Positions 1 to 9,686 of a stretch of 45,279 bases of DNA are shown here, piece after piece. Origin of the DNA: Gemmatimonadota bacterium (GTDB lineage Bacteria > JAAXHH01); contig JAPOOT010000289.1 in assembly GCA_026713285.1 (NCBI GenBank), forward strand, positions 1 to 45,279. The letters run 5' to 3'. The notes under the pieces are model-generated. The model made no database searches. It was not told where the DNA came from and was given only the letters and a program-made list of their open reading frames with translations. Each line of letters opens with the position of its first letter. The first letter of the stretch is position 1. A program made the position numbers and the translations under genes.

Positions 1-250
1 CGGGATGAAAACAAGTTGGAGAATCATGCAGGCGCCGCTTTCTTATGAGAGACGGCCATGAGAAACTAAGAACCTTGGGGACATGTTTCTGAGGTGGTTT
101 ACATGATCTACTGGAAGGACATCATTGAAGAATAACTCCTTTCCAGTATGTACCAGTAAAGACCTCTCCCTCGCCCGGAACCCCGGTGGATCTTCTCTGA
201 CGGGCTCGTCCGGTGGGCAGCTTGGCTTACACGGCAGAAAAGGAAATCCG

Positions 251-1924
251 ATGGCTGAAATGACCGGTTACCGGTATATCGCGGAGATGCTGAGCGGCTA
301 CGGGATCAGGGCTGTCTTCCACGTTCCCTATGTCCTGGACGGCGCCCTCGTGGAGATGGAGAAACTGGGTATCCGCCGGGTCCGGTGCCATTCCGAGAAA
401 GCCGCGGCCTACATGGCCGACGGCTACGCGCGGGTCGCCGGCGGTCCCGGCATCGCCATGGCGCAGTCCGTCGGCGCGGCCAATCTCGCCGCCGGGCTCC
501 AGGACGCCTGGCTCGCGTGCTCTCCGGTCATCGCCCTGTCGGGCCGCTGGATGCCCCACTACCTGTACCGGCAGGCCTACCAGGAGATCGATCACCGGCC
601 CCTCTACGATCCGGTCACCAAGTTCAATGCCTACGTGGATGGCGTGGAACAGATCCCATTCCTGTTGCGCCAGGCCTTCCGCGAGGCCACCACCGGCGCG
701 CCGCGTCCGGTCCACCTGGACTTCCTGGGTCTTTCCGGCGATCTCGCGGCGGGATCGAAGTTCGATGCCGAGGCGATCGCAGAGGCGTCCTTCGCCCGGT
801 ATCCGGCATTTCGTCCCGAGCCTGAACCCGTGCGCGTAACGGAGGCGGCAAAACGCATCGCGCGGGCCGAGCGGCCCGTCCTGGTTGCGGGAGGGGGCGT
901 GACGGCATCAGGCGCGCAGGCCGAAGTGGTCCGTCTCGCGGAGAAGCTCTCGATACCGGTGGCGACCTCCCTCAACGCCAAGGGGACGATCCCCGAGGAC
1001 CACACGCTGTCGGCAGGCGTGGTCGGCACCTATTCCCGCAAGTGCGCCAACGAGATCGTCGCCGAGGCGGACCTCGTGATTTTCGTGGGAAGCCATACCG
1101 GCGGACAGGTCACCCATTTCTGGCAGATTCCCCAGCCCGGGACACCAGTAATTCAAATCGACGTGGACCCTTCCCAGATCGGCCGGAACTATCCTGCAGA
1201 AGTCGCCATCCAGGGCGACGCGAAGGTAACGCTGGAGCGGTTCATCGAGACCATTGAACCCGTGCCGTCGAGACCGTCGTGGACGGCTCGCGTGCGGGAA
1301 CGCGTCCAGGCCTGGCGGACCGAGTTCGACGGACTGCTCAGGTCCGACGCTGTGCCGATCCGTCCCGAGCGGCTTTGCCGCGAAATCACCGAATTCCTCC
1401 CATCGGACGCCATATTCCTCTCTGACACAGGCCATGCCGGCATCTGGACGGGTACCATGATCGAGATAACGCAATCCGGGCAGACCTTCCTGCGCTGCGC
1501 CGGGTCCCTGGGCTGGGTCTTCCCCGCGGCCATGGGCGCCAAGTGCGCCGCCCCGGACCGTCCCGTCATTTGCTTCACCGGCGACGGCGGATTCTGGTAC
1601 CATCTGGGGGAATTGGAGACGGCTGCCCGGTTCGGCATAAGCACCGTCACGGTGATCAACAACAACCGTTCCTTCAACCAGTGCCGGGGCGGGTTCGAAG
1701 GCGCGCACGGCGGGCGGGACCAGGGGTCGGACGACCTGTGGGTCTTCGAAGACGTAGACTTCGCCGAGGTGGCGAAATCCATGGGGTGCTTAGGGATACG
1801 CGTGGTAGACCCGGCGGGAATCCGTCCCGCTTTGGAACGGGCCGTCGCGGCGAACGGACCGGTCGTCGTCGACGTGGCCACCGATATTGATGCCATGGCG
1901 CCGACGGCTTACGTGCCGGAGTAA
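251..1924 (+). CDS. Thiamine pyrophosphate-dependent enzyme (acetolactate synthase large subunit-like)
   Basis: SEKAAAYMADGYARV N-terminal motif, GDGG...NNN TPP-binding motif; start moved to ATG 251 after the AAAGGA RBS. Confidence 0.9.
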   Translation: MAEMTGYRYIAEMLSGYGIRAVFHVPYVLDGALVEMEKLGIRRVRCHSEKAAAYMADGYARVAGGPGIAMAQSVGAANLAAGLQDAWLACSPVIALSGRWMPHYLYRQAYQEIDHRPLYDPVTKFNAYVDGVEQIPFLLRQAFREATTGAPRPVHLDFLGLSGDLAAGSKFDAEAIAEASFARYPAFRPEPEPVRVTEAAKRIARAERPVLVAGGGVTASGAQAEVVRLAEKLSIPVATSLNAKGTIPEDHTLSAGVVGTYSRKCANEIVAEADLVIFVGSHTGGQVTHFWQIPQPGTPVIQIDVDPSQIGRNYPAEVAIQGDAKVTLERFIETIEPVPSRPSWTARVRERVQAWRTEFDGLLRSDAVPIRPERLCREITEFLPSDAIFLSDTGHAGIWTGTMIEITQSGQTFLRCAGSLGWVFPAAMGAKCAAPDRPVICFTGDGGFWYHLGELETAARFGISTVTVINNNRSFNQCRGGFEGAHGGRDQGSDDLWVFEDVDFAEVAKSMGCLGIRVVDPAGIRPALERAVAANGPVVVDVATDIDAMAPTAYVPE

Positions 1925-2102
1925 AGGCAGGCGATTGTAATCGGTGATCCATGATCTATTCTATCACAGTCCGCGATGGTACCTTAGACGCCCGAACCTG
2001 ATAAAGAATTGGTTTTTTGTTAGATAAATGTTTCGTACATTAAGAAAAGACCGCCTTAGTTTCGCTCAGACCATCCCATCAGCTCCATACAGGAGGTCCG
2101 TG

Positions 2103-2906
2103 ATGCGATGCCTGGTATTCACCCTTGCCTTGACCTTCGCCGGATGCGCGACGTACAGCCAGATCGGATCGGGCGACTCGCGCGATGCAAGTGCGCTGTC
2201 CGGACCGGGAATGACGGTGACCTGGTTTGACAGCCGGGGTGGGTATCCATCTGTCGGGTACTACGACGTGCAGACCGTCTTCAGTACAAAGGAACTGGGG
2301 AACGGTCCTTATGTCCGCGTCGCGGCGTTGCACATCACGGGGACGTCGCCAAAGGACCTCCTCGGCATGTTGCGGATGCAGGCTTCGCGGATCGGCGCGA
2401 ACCGGCTGCTCATCGTCAAAGCGGAGGAGAAGATAGAAGAAGTCTATCTGTATTCCGGGCTTGAGAACGTGGCCGGGTTTTTCTCCGGTGAGAAAATGGC
2501 CGCGGATCGTAGAGACGAAGCATACACGCTCCGGATCGAAGCGATCGCGATCAGAATGACGGTTGATCGGACAACCCTGGAACCGTCCCGTCAATGGAAC
2601 GACCGGCCCACCGTGTACCAACCCCGCCGGCCGTATGACCGGCCCACTGTGTACCGGCCCCGTCGACCGGATGACCGGCGAAACGTGAAGCCACCCCGTC
2701 GACCGGATGACCGGCGAAACGTGAAGCCACCCCGTCGACCGGATGACCGGCGAAACGTGAAACCACCCCCACCACGGGAGGAGCCGGCACCGGTGAAGCC
2801 GCCTCCGCCAAAGGACGATCAGCCAGCCGAGAAGCCGCCTCCTCCAAAGGATGACCGGCCAAACTTGAAGCCACCCGGTCTGAAGACGAAGACCCACCGA
2901 CCGTGA
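2103..2906 (+). CDS. Putative lipoprotein with a globular domain and a Pro-rich repeat C-terminal tail
   Basis: AGGAGG RBS at 2091; signal peptide ending in lipobox FAGC; 12-aa repeats in the tail. Confidence 0.75.
   Translation: MRCLVFTLALTFAGCATYSQIGSGDSRDASALSGPGMTVTWFDSRGGYPSVGYYDVQTVFSTKELGNGPYVRVAALHITGTSPKDLLGMLRMQASRIGANRLLIVKAEEKIEEVYLYSGLENVAGFFSGEKMAADRRDEAYTLRIEAIAIRMTVDRTTLEPSRQWNDRPTVYQPRRPYDRPTVYRPRRPDDRRNVKPPRRPDDRRNVKPPRRPDDRRNVKPPPPREEPAPVKPPPPKDDQPAEKPPPPKDDRPNLKPPGLKTKTHRP
2601..2888 (+). repeat. Eight 36-bp in-frame tandem repeat units (DRRNVKPPRRPD-like)
   Basis: 36-nt period read directly from 2601; units 3 and 4 identical, outer units diverged. Confidence 0.9.
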
Positions 2907-2982
2907 AGGGACTCTCGTGTCCAGCTAGTAAAGGATGATGTGTTGGATGCAGGTTTGCCGACTTGAAAACCAATGGAGACGT

Positions 2983-3831
2983 TCAAGATTCGAATCTAGC
3001 GCTATCGGCGTCCGGAAGGATCCCGCCCTCGTCCCTGGGCAGCACGGACAGGGGGAGCGCGATCGAGGAACCCGCGTCGACCGGGAGCGTGACCCCCGTA
3101 ATCCACCGGGACTCCTCACTGGCCAGGAAGACGGCCGCGTGGCCCACGTCCCAGGCCGTGCCCTCGGTGCCCAGCGGCGTGGAGCGCATGCGAAGCTTGC
3201 GATGGGCTTCCGACAATCCGGCGGTGAAGGACCCATGCAGGTGGCCGGGAGCGATGCAATTTACGCGGACCCCGTCTTTACCGTGCTGCACCGCCATGTT
3301 GATGGTGAGGGCGATGACGCCGCCCTTGGACGTTTCATAGGCGACGTTGTATGACCATCCGCTCCGGAATCCGTCGATGGACGCCACGTTGATGATGGAG
3401 CCGCCGCCTGTTTCCGCCATGGCCGGTACGGCGAACCGGCACGCGAGCATCATGGCCTTGAGATTAACATTCATGATCTCGTCCCAGTGCGCCTCGGGCA
3501 CGTCCACCACCGTACCTGGATAGCTGACCCCCACATTGTTGAATAGGACGTGGAGCCCGCCGTAACGGTCTACCACGGTTTCGGTCATGGACCTGCAGTC
3601 TGCCAGCCGGGTCACGTCCCCGGTGAAAATAGAGGCAGTTCCCCCTTCTTTCTCGATGGTTTCAAGTGTCCTGCCGGCGTTCTCCTCGCTCCGGTCCGCC
3701 AGCAGCACCTTCGCGCCTTCCCGGGCGAGGAGCAGGGCGGTCGCCTGCCCGGTGCCCGCCACGTCGCTCTGCGTGCCCGCGCCCGTCACGATGGCCACCT
3801 TGCCGTGCAGGCGGGGCTTGCGAATCGTCAT
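2983..3831 (-). CDS. SDR family NAD(P)-dependent oxidoreductase
   Basis: KVAIVTGAG...G Rossmann motif, NNVG, YETSK catalytic motif. Confidence 0.92.
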   Translation of the reverse strand: MTIRKPRLHGKVAIVTGAGTQSDVAGTGQATALLLAREGAKVLLADRSEENAGRTLETIEKEGGTASIFTGDVTRLADCRSMTETVVDRYGGLHVLFNNVGVSYPGTVVDVPEAHWDEIMNVNLKAMMLACRFAVPAMAETGGGSIINVASIDGFRSGWSYNVAYETSKGGVIALTINMAVQHGKDGVRVNCIAPGHLHGSFTAGLSEAHRKLRMRSTPLGTEGTAWDVGHAAVFLASEESRWITGVTLPVDAGSSIALPLSVLPRDEGGILPDADSARFES

Positions 3832-3866
3832 TAAAACTCCCTGTTAATCAGAAAATCACCATCTTA

Positions 3867-3901
3867 ATGGCTGCGCCGCGCGATGGCTGCGCCGCGCGAT
3901 G
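3867..3901. repeat. 16-bp exact tandem duplication (atggctgcgccgcgcg x2) between the SDR genes
   Basis: read directly from sequence. Confidence 0.85.
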
Positions 3902-3924
3902 CGCCGAATCAGCGTGTCTCACGA

Positions 3925-4776
3925 TCAGAAGATCTCCGCGCCGCCCGCAACGACCAGGTCCACGGCCGTGAGGTAGTCCGATTCGGGCGAGGCCAGGAAG
4001 GCGACCGTCTGGGCCACGTCGTCGCCCCGGGCTACCCTTCCCAGGGGTGAGATGTCGGTTTTTTCCTGGATGAATTCCTGGTGGGCCTTGCTGTTTTTCC
4101 AGGATTCTCCGAGGATGGCGCCATCGGATACGGCCTCGGCAATGAATCCCACGCGTTCGGTATCGACCGCGGTGGGCGACACGGAATTGACGTTGATGCC
4201 GTGAGGACCGAGTTCCTGCGCCAGCGCCTGGGTGAAACGGATGATGGCGGCCTTGGAGGCGCAGTAGGCCGAGAACCTCGGGCGTCCGATCTTGCCCGAC
4301 GTGGAGGCGATGTTGATGATCTTGCCGCCGCTTCCCCGTTCGATCATGTGGCGCGCCGCGGCCCGGCACATGAGGAACACGCCCCGGGCGTTGACGTTCA
4401 TTTCCTTGTCCCAGGCCTCTTCATCCATATCGACCACGAGGACGCGGTCCTTACCCGGAAGGGAACCGGCCCCGTTCACCAGGATGTCTATGCGCCCGAA
4501 CCGTTCGATCCCCCGCGATACGAGGCCAGCCACGTGGTCGGACTTCGAGACGTCGGCCAGGATGGCCTCCGCTTCCCGCCCCGCCGCCTCGATCTCCCTG
4601 ACCACCGAGGGCAATCCCTCCCATTCCGACGAATCTCCGGGATAGGGGTTGGTGACCAGATCGCTGACGATGACGTCGGCGCCTTCCCGGGCGAGGCGCG
4701 TGGCGACGGCCCTGCCGATGCCACGTTCGCCGCCCGCACCGGTGACCAGGGCGGTTTTGCCGTGGAGGTTGTACAT
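3925..4776 (-). CDS. SDR family NAD(P)-dependent oxidoreductase
   Basis: MYNLHGKTALVTGAGGERGIG, YCASK; real start is ATG 4776 after an AAGGA RBS (the 527-aa ORF is over-extended). Confidence 0.92.
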   Translation of the reverse strand: MYNLHGKTALVTGAGGERGIGRAVATRLAREGADVIVSDLVTNPYPGDSSEWEGLPSVVREIEAAGREAEAILADVSKSDHVAGLVSRGIERFGRIDILVNGAGSLPGKDRVLVVDMDEEAWDKEMNVNARGVFLMCRAAARHMIERGSGGKIINIASTSGKIGRPRFSAYCASKAAIIRFTQALAQELGPHGINVNSVSPTAVDTERVGFIAEAVSDGAILGESWKNSKAHQEFIQEKTDISPLGRVARGDDVAQTVAFLASPESDYLTAVDLVVAGGAEIF

Positions 4777-4802
4777 GGATTGTTCCTTCTTCTGGCTGTT
4801 TA

Positions 4803-5690
4803 TTACTCGCCCTCTCTCCGGGGCCGCACCACGGTCTCGCCATCGTCCTCCACGAGGGGATGGTGATAGATGTAGGGCGGCTCCAGCACGGCGCGCTGCG
4901 CCTCGGTCAGCTCCGAGGTCCATTCGGGCTGGTTGGCCTCGTAGATCCCGCCGGCGTAGTGGAGATACTTGGGCGTATACCGGTACAGGGCGACGCGCCG
5001 GTCGTTCCTGCCGCGCCAGGGCAGCGTGCCGTGGGCGGTAGCCTCGTTGAAGATCACCAGGTCGCCGGCTTTCTGGACGATGTGATGGACCAGGTCCTGG
5101 TTGGCCTCCCAGGTCAGGATATCCTCGGGACATGGCAAGTTGGCCTTGTGGCTGCCCGGTATGACGCAGAGACCGCCCGCGCCGGGATCCACGTCCGCCA
5201 TGGCGAACTGGCACACGATGAGGCCTGATCGCATGCGCCCGTTGTGGTAGTGGTAATAGCGGGAACCGTTGAAGGTCGCGTTTCCCGAGCCGTGGATCTT
5301 GAGGCCCTCGCAGCCCGATTCGGCGACCAGCACGTCGACGCCGTGGTCGAGCTTCCAACCACGCCCGAACAGGGTGTTCAGATAGGGAATGATCTTCGGA
5401 TGGGCCAGGAGGTTGCGGAAGGGTTGGCACCACGGCTGCGGCCAGGTGAGCATGCCCTCGTAGTGGCGAAAGGGCGCATGCCGTCCTTCGAAGGGCCTTC
5501 CCCGCCAATCGCCGCTGAGTTCGTTGGGTCCGTCGTAGGATCCGAGCCGGTCCGGATTGGCGTCGAGGGCCTCGTTCAGCGCTTCGACTTCGTCCCCGTT
5601 CAGGAAACCCCGCACGTGAAGAAAGCCCTGCAGGTCGTACAGGTACTGTTCCTCTTCGTTCATGGTCGAAAAGGCCGGTGTCTCGGCCAT
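4803..5690 (-). CDS. Phytanoyl-CoA dioxygenase (PhyH)-family Fe(II)/2OG enzyme, non-canonical H-G-S motif
   Basis: YDLQGFLHVRGFL start, GGLCVIPGSHK, AGDLVIFNEATAHG, RRVALYRY; GGAG RBS before ATG 5690. Confidence 0.85.
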   Translation of the reverse strand: MAETPAFSTMNEEEQYLYDLQGFLHVRGFLNGDEVEALNEALDANPDRLGSYDGPNELSGDWRGRPFEGRHAPFRHYEGMLTWPQPWCQPFRNLLAHPKIIPYLNTLFGRGWKLDHGVDVLVAESGCEGLKIHGSGNATFNGSRYYHYHNGRMRSGLIVCQFAMADVDPGAGGLCVIPGSHKANLPCPEDILTWEANQDLVHHIVQKAGDLVIFNEATAHGTLPWRGRNDRRVALYRYTPKYLHYAGGIYEANQPEWTSELTEAQRAVLEPPYIYHHPLVEDDGETVVRPRREGE

Positions 5691-5871
5691 GGAGCGTCCT
5701 CCCTGGATGCTGTTCCTAACGATCTGGATGGCGCATGCAGAAATTACTGGTGTTATGCACAGAAAGATAGCCGGCGCGGCACCGCGCGCAACGACAAAAA
5801 GCGCTTCGAGGACCTCACGCGGGACGCAGAAAACGACGATCCGAAACCCTTCGACGCGTCCACAAAATGCC

Positions 5872-5900
5872 TTGACAGTCCTGCGGGGGCCGGTTAACGT
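5872..5900 (+). promoter_or_regulatory. sigma70-type promoter for thyX-rnhC
   Basis: TTGACA-17 nt-TAACGT. Confidence 0.6.
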
Positions 5901-5997
5901 CACGTAGTCCCCGCCATGGGGTGACCACGGGTCTGTGACCTAAAATGATCGTTGTGTTTTTCCTTGAGAAAACTACGCCCCGAAACTACGGGATGCC

Positions 5998-6960
5998 GTG
6001 TCCGAAGAACCCGAAGTACCCGAGCAGATCGAAGCGCAACATCTCGACCGTCCGACGGTTCCCGAACTGGATGAGTTCCTTGGCTTACCCTTCAAGGTGC
6101 TCGACGACGGGTTCGTCCGCGTCGTGGACTACATGGGCAGCGATCACTCCATCGTGCAGGCCGCCCGTGTTTCCTACGGCGCCGGAACCCGGCAGGTCCA
6201 CCAGGACCGGGGGCTGATCCGCTATCTCATGCGGCATCAGCACACCACCCCCTTCGAGATGTGCGACATCAAGTTTCACCTGCGGGTGCCCATGGACTGC
6301 TGGCGCCAGTGGATCCGTCACCGGACGGCCTCTGTCAATGAATACAGCACCCGCTACTCGCTGGCGATCGACGCGGCGCAGACCACCCCGCCCGATGCGT
6401 GGCGGTTCCAGGCGCAGGGCAACCGCCAGGGCAGTGGCGGTTTCGTCGACGAAACACAGGGAGCGCGTTTTTCCGAGAAGGAACAGGAGCTTCAGGAGGC
6501 CGCCCGGTCCCGCTACGAAGAGCGCATCGAAGCCGGCATCGCCCGGGAACAGGCCCGCAAGGATCTTCCCCTTTCCACGTACACGGAAGCCTATTGGAAA
6601 GTGAATCTCCTGAACCTGCTTCGGTTTCTGCTCCTGCGCATGGACGATCACGCCCAGTGGGAGATCCGGCAGTACGCCCATATTATCGGACACCGCATCG
6701 TGTCCGCCTGGTGTCCCGTGGCATGGCAGGCCTTTCTCGACTACAGCGTGAACGCCATGCAGCTGACCCACCTGGATTGGGAGATCATCCGGGCGATTCA
6801 GGCTGGAGACGACAAGGCAATACAGGATCTGCTGGTGGAGTACCGGTTCGTTTCGAAATCCGGTGCCCTGCGCCGCAACCGGGAGCGGGATGAACTCGAA
6901 GCCAAGTTGCAGAAGCTGAATATCCCGATTCCATGGCGATCCGGTGATGATCCCGCCTAG
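5998..6960 (+). CDS. thyX: FAD-dependent thymidylate synthase
   Basis: AARVSYG, HTTPFE, RHRTASVNEYSTRY ThyX signature, AQWEIR. Confidence 0.97.
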   Translation: MSEEPEVPEQIEAQHLDRPTVPELDEFLGLPFKVLDDGFVRVVDYMGSDHSIVQAARVSYGAGTRQVHQDRGLIRYLMRHQHTTPFEMCDIKFHLRVPMDCWRQWIRHRTASVNEYSTRYSLAIDAAQTTPPDAWRFQAQGNRQGSGGFVDETQGARFSEKEQELQEAARSRYEERIEAGIAREQARKDLPLSTYTEAYWKVNLLNLLRFLLLRMDDHAQWEIRQYAHIIGHRIVSAWCPVAWQAFLDYSVNAMQLTHLDWEIIRAIQAGDDKAIQDLLVEYRFVSKSGALRRNRERDELEAKLQKLNIPIPWRSGDDPA

Positions 6961-7026
6961 CGACACCGGGTACGTGGCCAATGCCGGTCGGTCCGCGACC
7001 GCGAACAACCCGATATGCGGTAACCG

Positions 7027-8010
7027 ATGAGTCGAGGCAAACCCGAGACGGTATCCCGGAGGTACGATGTCCCCGACGCCAACGTCCGGTCCGGGATACG
7101 CGATGCCCTGGATCGCTTCGGTCCGTCTGAGCACAGGGCCGAAGCCTGGTGCGATTGGGTGATGGTATTCGAGGATGAAAAGGAAAAGCTGGTCCTCAAG
7201 CAGTACCGGAAAGGTACGCTGATGATCCAGGGCAGGGGGGAACACCTGCTCCGAGTGATCCTGCACGTTCTTTCGCCCTTTCTGGCAAATTCGGGTGAAT
7301 CGGAAGACTCCGGAGAGGGCGCCGGCGGCGCAATGGCTCGCGGCGGTGAGAAGACCCGAAAGCTTCCGCTTCCGCACATCGGCACGGACGAGTCCGGCAA
7401 GGGCGACTATTTCGGTCCGCTGGTGGTGGGCGGCGTCCTGGTGGAGACGGGATCCCGGGAGAAACTGGCTGCACTGGGCATCCGGGACTCCAAGAAACTG
7501 GGCGACGCCAAGTGCCGCGAACTGGCGGCCGGGATCCGGCGTATCTGTGTCGGAAAGTACCGCGAGATAATCATTCCACCGGAGCGATACAACACGCTGT
7601 ACGAGGAGTTTCGCCGGGAAGGCAGGAACCTCAACCATCTCCTGGCCTGGGCCCATGCCCGCGCCATCGAATCCTTGCTGGAGTGCGCCGTCTGCCGGCT
7701 GGCCGTGGCGGACAAGTTCGGCAACGAGCACTACATCCGGTCCCGTCTCATGAACAAAGGCCGGGAGATCGAGCTGATCCAGGAACATCGGGGAGAGCGT
7801 TACCTGGCCGTCGCCGCGGCGTCGATTCTCGCCCGCGACCGATTCCTGGAGCACATGGAAAGACTGTCCGGCGAGGCCGGCCTGCCGCTGCCCAAAGGCG
7901 CCGGGACACAGGTCGTAACCGCAGCCAGGAAATTCGTCGAACGGCATGGCGTGGATAAACTGTCCGCCGTGGCCAAGATGCACTACAAGACCACGGCCCA
8001 GGTTGTGTAA
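7027..8010 (+). CDS. rnhC: Ribonuclease HIII
   Basis: N-terminal TBP-like segment (YRKGTLMIQG), IGTDESGKGDYFGP, DSKKL, AVAAASILAR, KMHYKT. Confidence 0.93.
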   Translation: MSRGKPETVSRRYDVPDANVRSGIRDALDRFGPSEHRAEAWCDWVMVFEDEKEKLVLKQYRKGTLMIQGRGEHLLRVILHVLSPFLANSGESEDSGEGAGGAMARGGEKTRKLPLPHIGTDESGKGDYFGPLVVGGVLVETGSREKLAALGIRDSKKLGDAKCRELAAGIRRICVGKYREIIIPPERYNTLYEEFRREGRNLNHLLAWAHARAIESLLECAVCRLAVADKFGNEHYIRSRLMNKGREIELIQEHRGERYLAVAAASILARDRFLEHMERLSGEAGLPLPKGAGTQVVTAARKFVERHGVDKLSAVAKMHYKTTAQVV

Positions 8011-8106
8011 CCCCGGTTTTTTTGTTAAAATCAGATCAGACGGATCGTCGTGTTTTGGATTGAACCGCTGGATATGTGAACCGGCTGTACAGGGAGCGTG
8101 CCCCGG

Positions 8107-9606
8107 ATGCGACAGACGACGCTATACGCGCATACAAGGTTCCAGATCGCGCCGGTAGACCCGAGGATCTTCGGCGGGTTCCTGGAGCATATCGGCCGGG
8201 CCGTCTACGAGGGCGTGTATGATCCGGACTGCGCGCATGCGGACGAGGACGGATTCCGGAAGGACGTCATGGAGGCCCTCGAACGCCAGTCCATGACCGT
8301 CATGCGGTATCCCGGCGGAAATTTCGTCTCCGGCTACCATTGGATGGACGGCGTGGGCCCCCAGACCCTGCGTCCCACGGTGCGGGAACTCGCCTGGCAG
8401 AGCGTGGAGCCGAACGCCTTCGGAACGGACGAATTCATCCGGCTCTGCCGCAAGATGGACTGGCGGCCCATGCTCACGGTCAACCTTGGAACAGGCTCCC
8501 CCGAGGAAGCCAGGAACTGGGTCGAATATTGCAACTGTCCCGCGGGTACGAGTTACGCCGACCTGCGGGTGAGCAACGGGGAGAAAATGCCCTACGACGT
8601 CGACCTGTGGTGCCTGGGCAACGAGATGGACGGACACTGGCAGCTCGGTCACGTGCCGGCGGACCAGTACGCGATACGGGCCCAGCAGGCCGCGAAGATG
8701 ATGAAGGACGCGGACCGGCGGATCGAACTGGTCGCCTGCGGTTCCTGCTCCGTGGATATGTTCGAAACCTACATGGAATGGGACCGCCAGGTCCTCGACT
8801 ACCTGGGCGATTATGCCGACTACATCAGTCTCCATCGTTACGTGGGCAATCCGGAGGACGACACCCCGGACTACCTGGCGGTCACGAACTCCATCGACCG
8901 GCAAATCGAGGAGATGGACGCGGTTTGCCGTTTCGTTCAGGCAAAGCGAAGAAGCCCCAAACGCGCTTACCTGTGCTTCGACGAATGGAACGTCTGGTAC
9001 AAGAACCACGAAACGGACGGAGAGGGCAAATTCGCCCCGCACCTGGTGGAGGAGATCTACAATCTCGAAGACGCCCTCGTCGTGGCCGGTTTCCTGAACA
9101 GCTTCGTACGCCACGCCGACACGGTTCGCATCGCGAACATAGCCCAGATCGTCAATGTCATCGCCCCGCTGATGACGCGGGGCGACGACCTGCTCGTACA
9201 GTCCATATTCCACCCCTTCACGATGTATGCGAAGCGGCGCGAAGGCACGTCGCTGCGGCTAAGCGTGGATGGCGCAAGCTACAAGAGCGAGCAGTACGGC
9301 CGGGTGAACTACATTGACGCCGCCATGATACAGAACGACAGCGTGCTGAACGTCTTTGTGACGAACCGAAGCACGGACACCGCCGTACCCCTCCGCATCG
9401 TGCTCGAAGACCGGCCGATCGAATCGCTGGTCAGCGCCGAAATCCTTACCGGGGGCGAAGATCCAAAGGCCGCCAATTCGTTCGAGCAGCCGGACCGGGT
9501 CGTCAAGCAGCCGTTCCGGGAGATAAAGATCGCCGGGGGCAGGGTGCAGTGCTTTCTACCCCCGTTGTCCTTCGCGGCCATGACCTTCGAACTCGAGAAA
9601 TGGTAG
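8107..9606 (+). CDS. abfA: alpha-L-arabinofuranosidase, GH51
   Basis: FLEHIGRAVYEG, RYPGGNF, WCLGNEMDG (acid/base), FDEWNVW (nucleophile), AQIVNVIAP. Confidence 0.93.
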   Translation: MRQTTLYAHTRFQIAPVDPRIFGGFLEHIGRAVYEGVYDPDCAHADEDGFRKDVMEALERQSMTVMRYPGGNFVSGYHWMDGVGPQTLRPTVRELAWQSVEPNAFGTDEFIRLCRKMDWRPMLTVNLGTGSPEEARNWVEYCNCPAGTSYADLRVSNGEKMPYDVDLWCLGNEMDGHWQLGHVPADQYAIRAQQAAKMMKDADRRIELVACGSCSVDMFETYMEWDRQVLDYLGDYADYISLHRYVGNPEDDTPDYLAVTNSIDRQIEEMDAVCRFVQAKRRSPKRAYLCFDEWNVWYKNHETDGEGKFAPHLVEEIYNLEDALVVAGFLNSFVRHADTVRIANIAQIVNVIAPLMTRGDDLLVQSIFHPFTMYAKRREGTSLRLSVDGASYKSEQYGRVNYIDAAMIQNDSVLNVFVTNRSTDTAVPLRIVLEDRPIESLVSAEILTGGEDPKAANSFEQPDRVVKQPFREIKIAGGRVQCFLPPLSFAAMTFELEKW

Positions 9607-9686
9607 TCCGCTGGCCGCGCGTCGGAACAATCCGGAGATCTAAGGTTTCAGTTCCGGCGTGATCTGCACGCTTGCGCAATCTTCCC

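Noticed and set aside
1-250. Lower-GC stretch with mini-ORF MIYWKDIIEE (103-135) behind a GAGGTGG RBS, and the 42-aa upstream extension of the TPP enzyme
   Set aside because: Too short to assign; may be a gene remnant but needs the upstream window; the extension lacks family similarity
3925-5508. 527-aa SDR ORF with a long N-terminal extension
   Set aside because: The extension is an alternative frame of the PhyH gene; RBS and SDR motif place the start at 4776
6085-7983. Long antisense ORFs (also 9648-11003, 20396-21949, 31915-33720, 41085-42350)
   Set aside because: Shadow frames of well-supported genes, expected at high GC; no motifs
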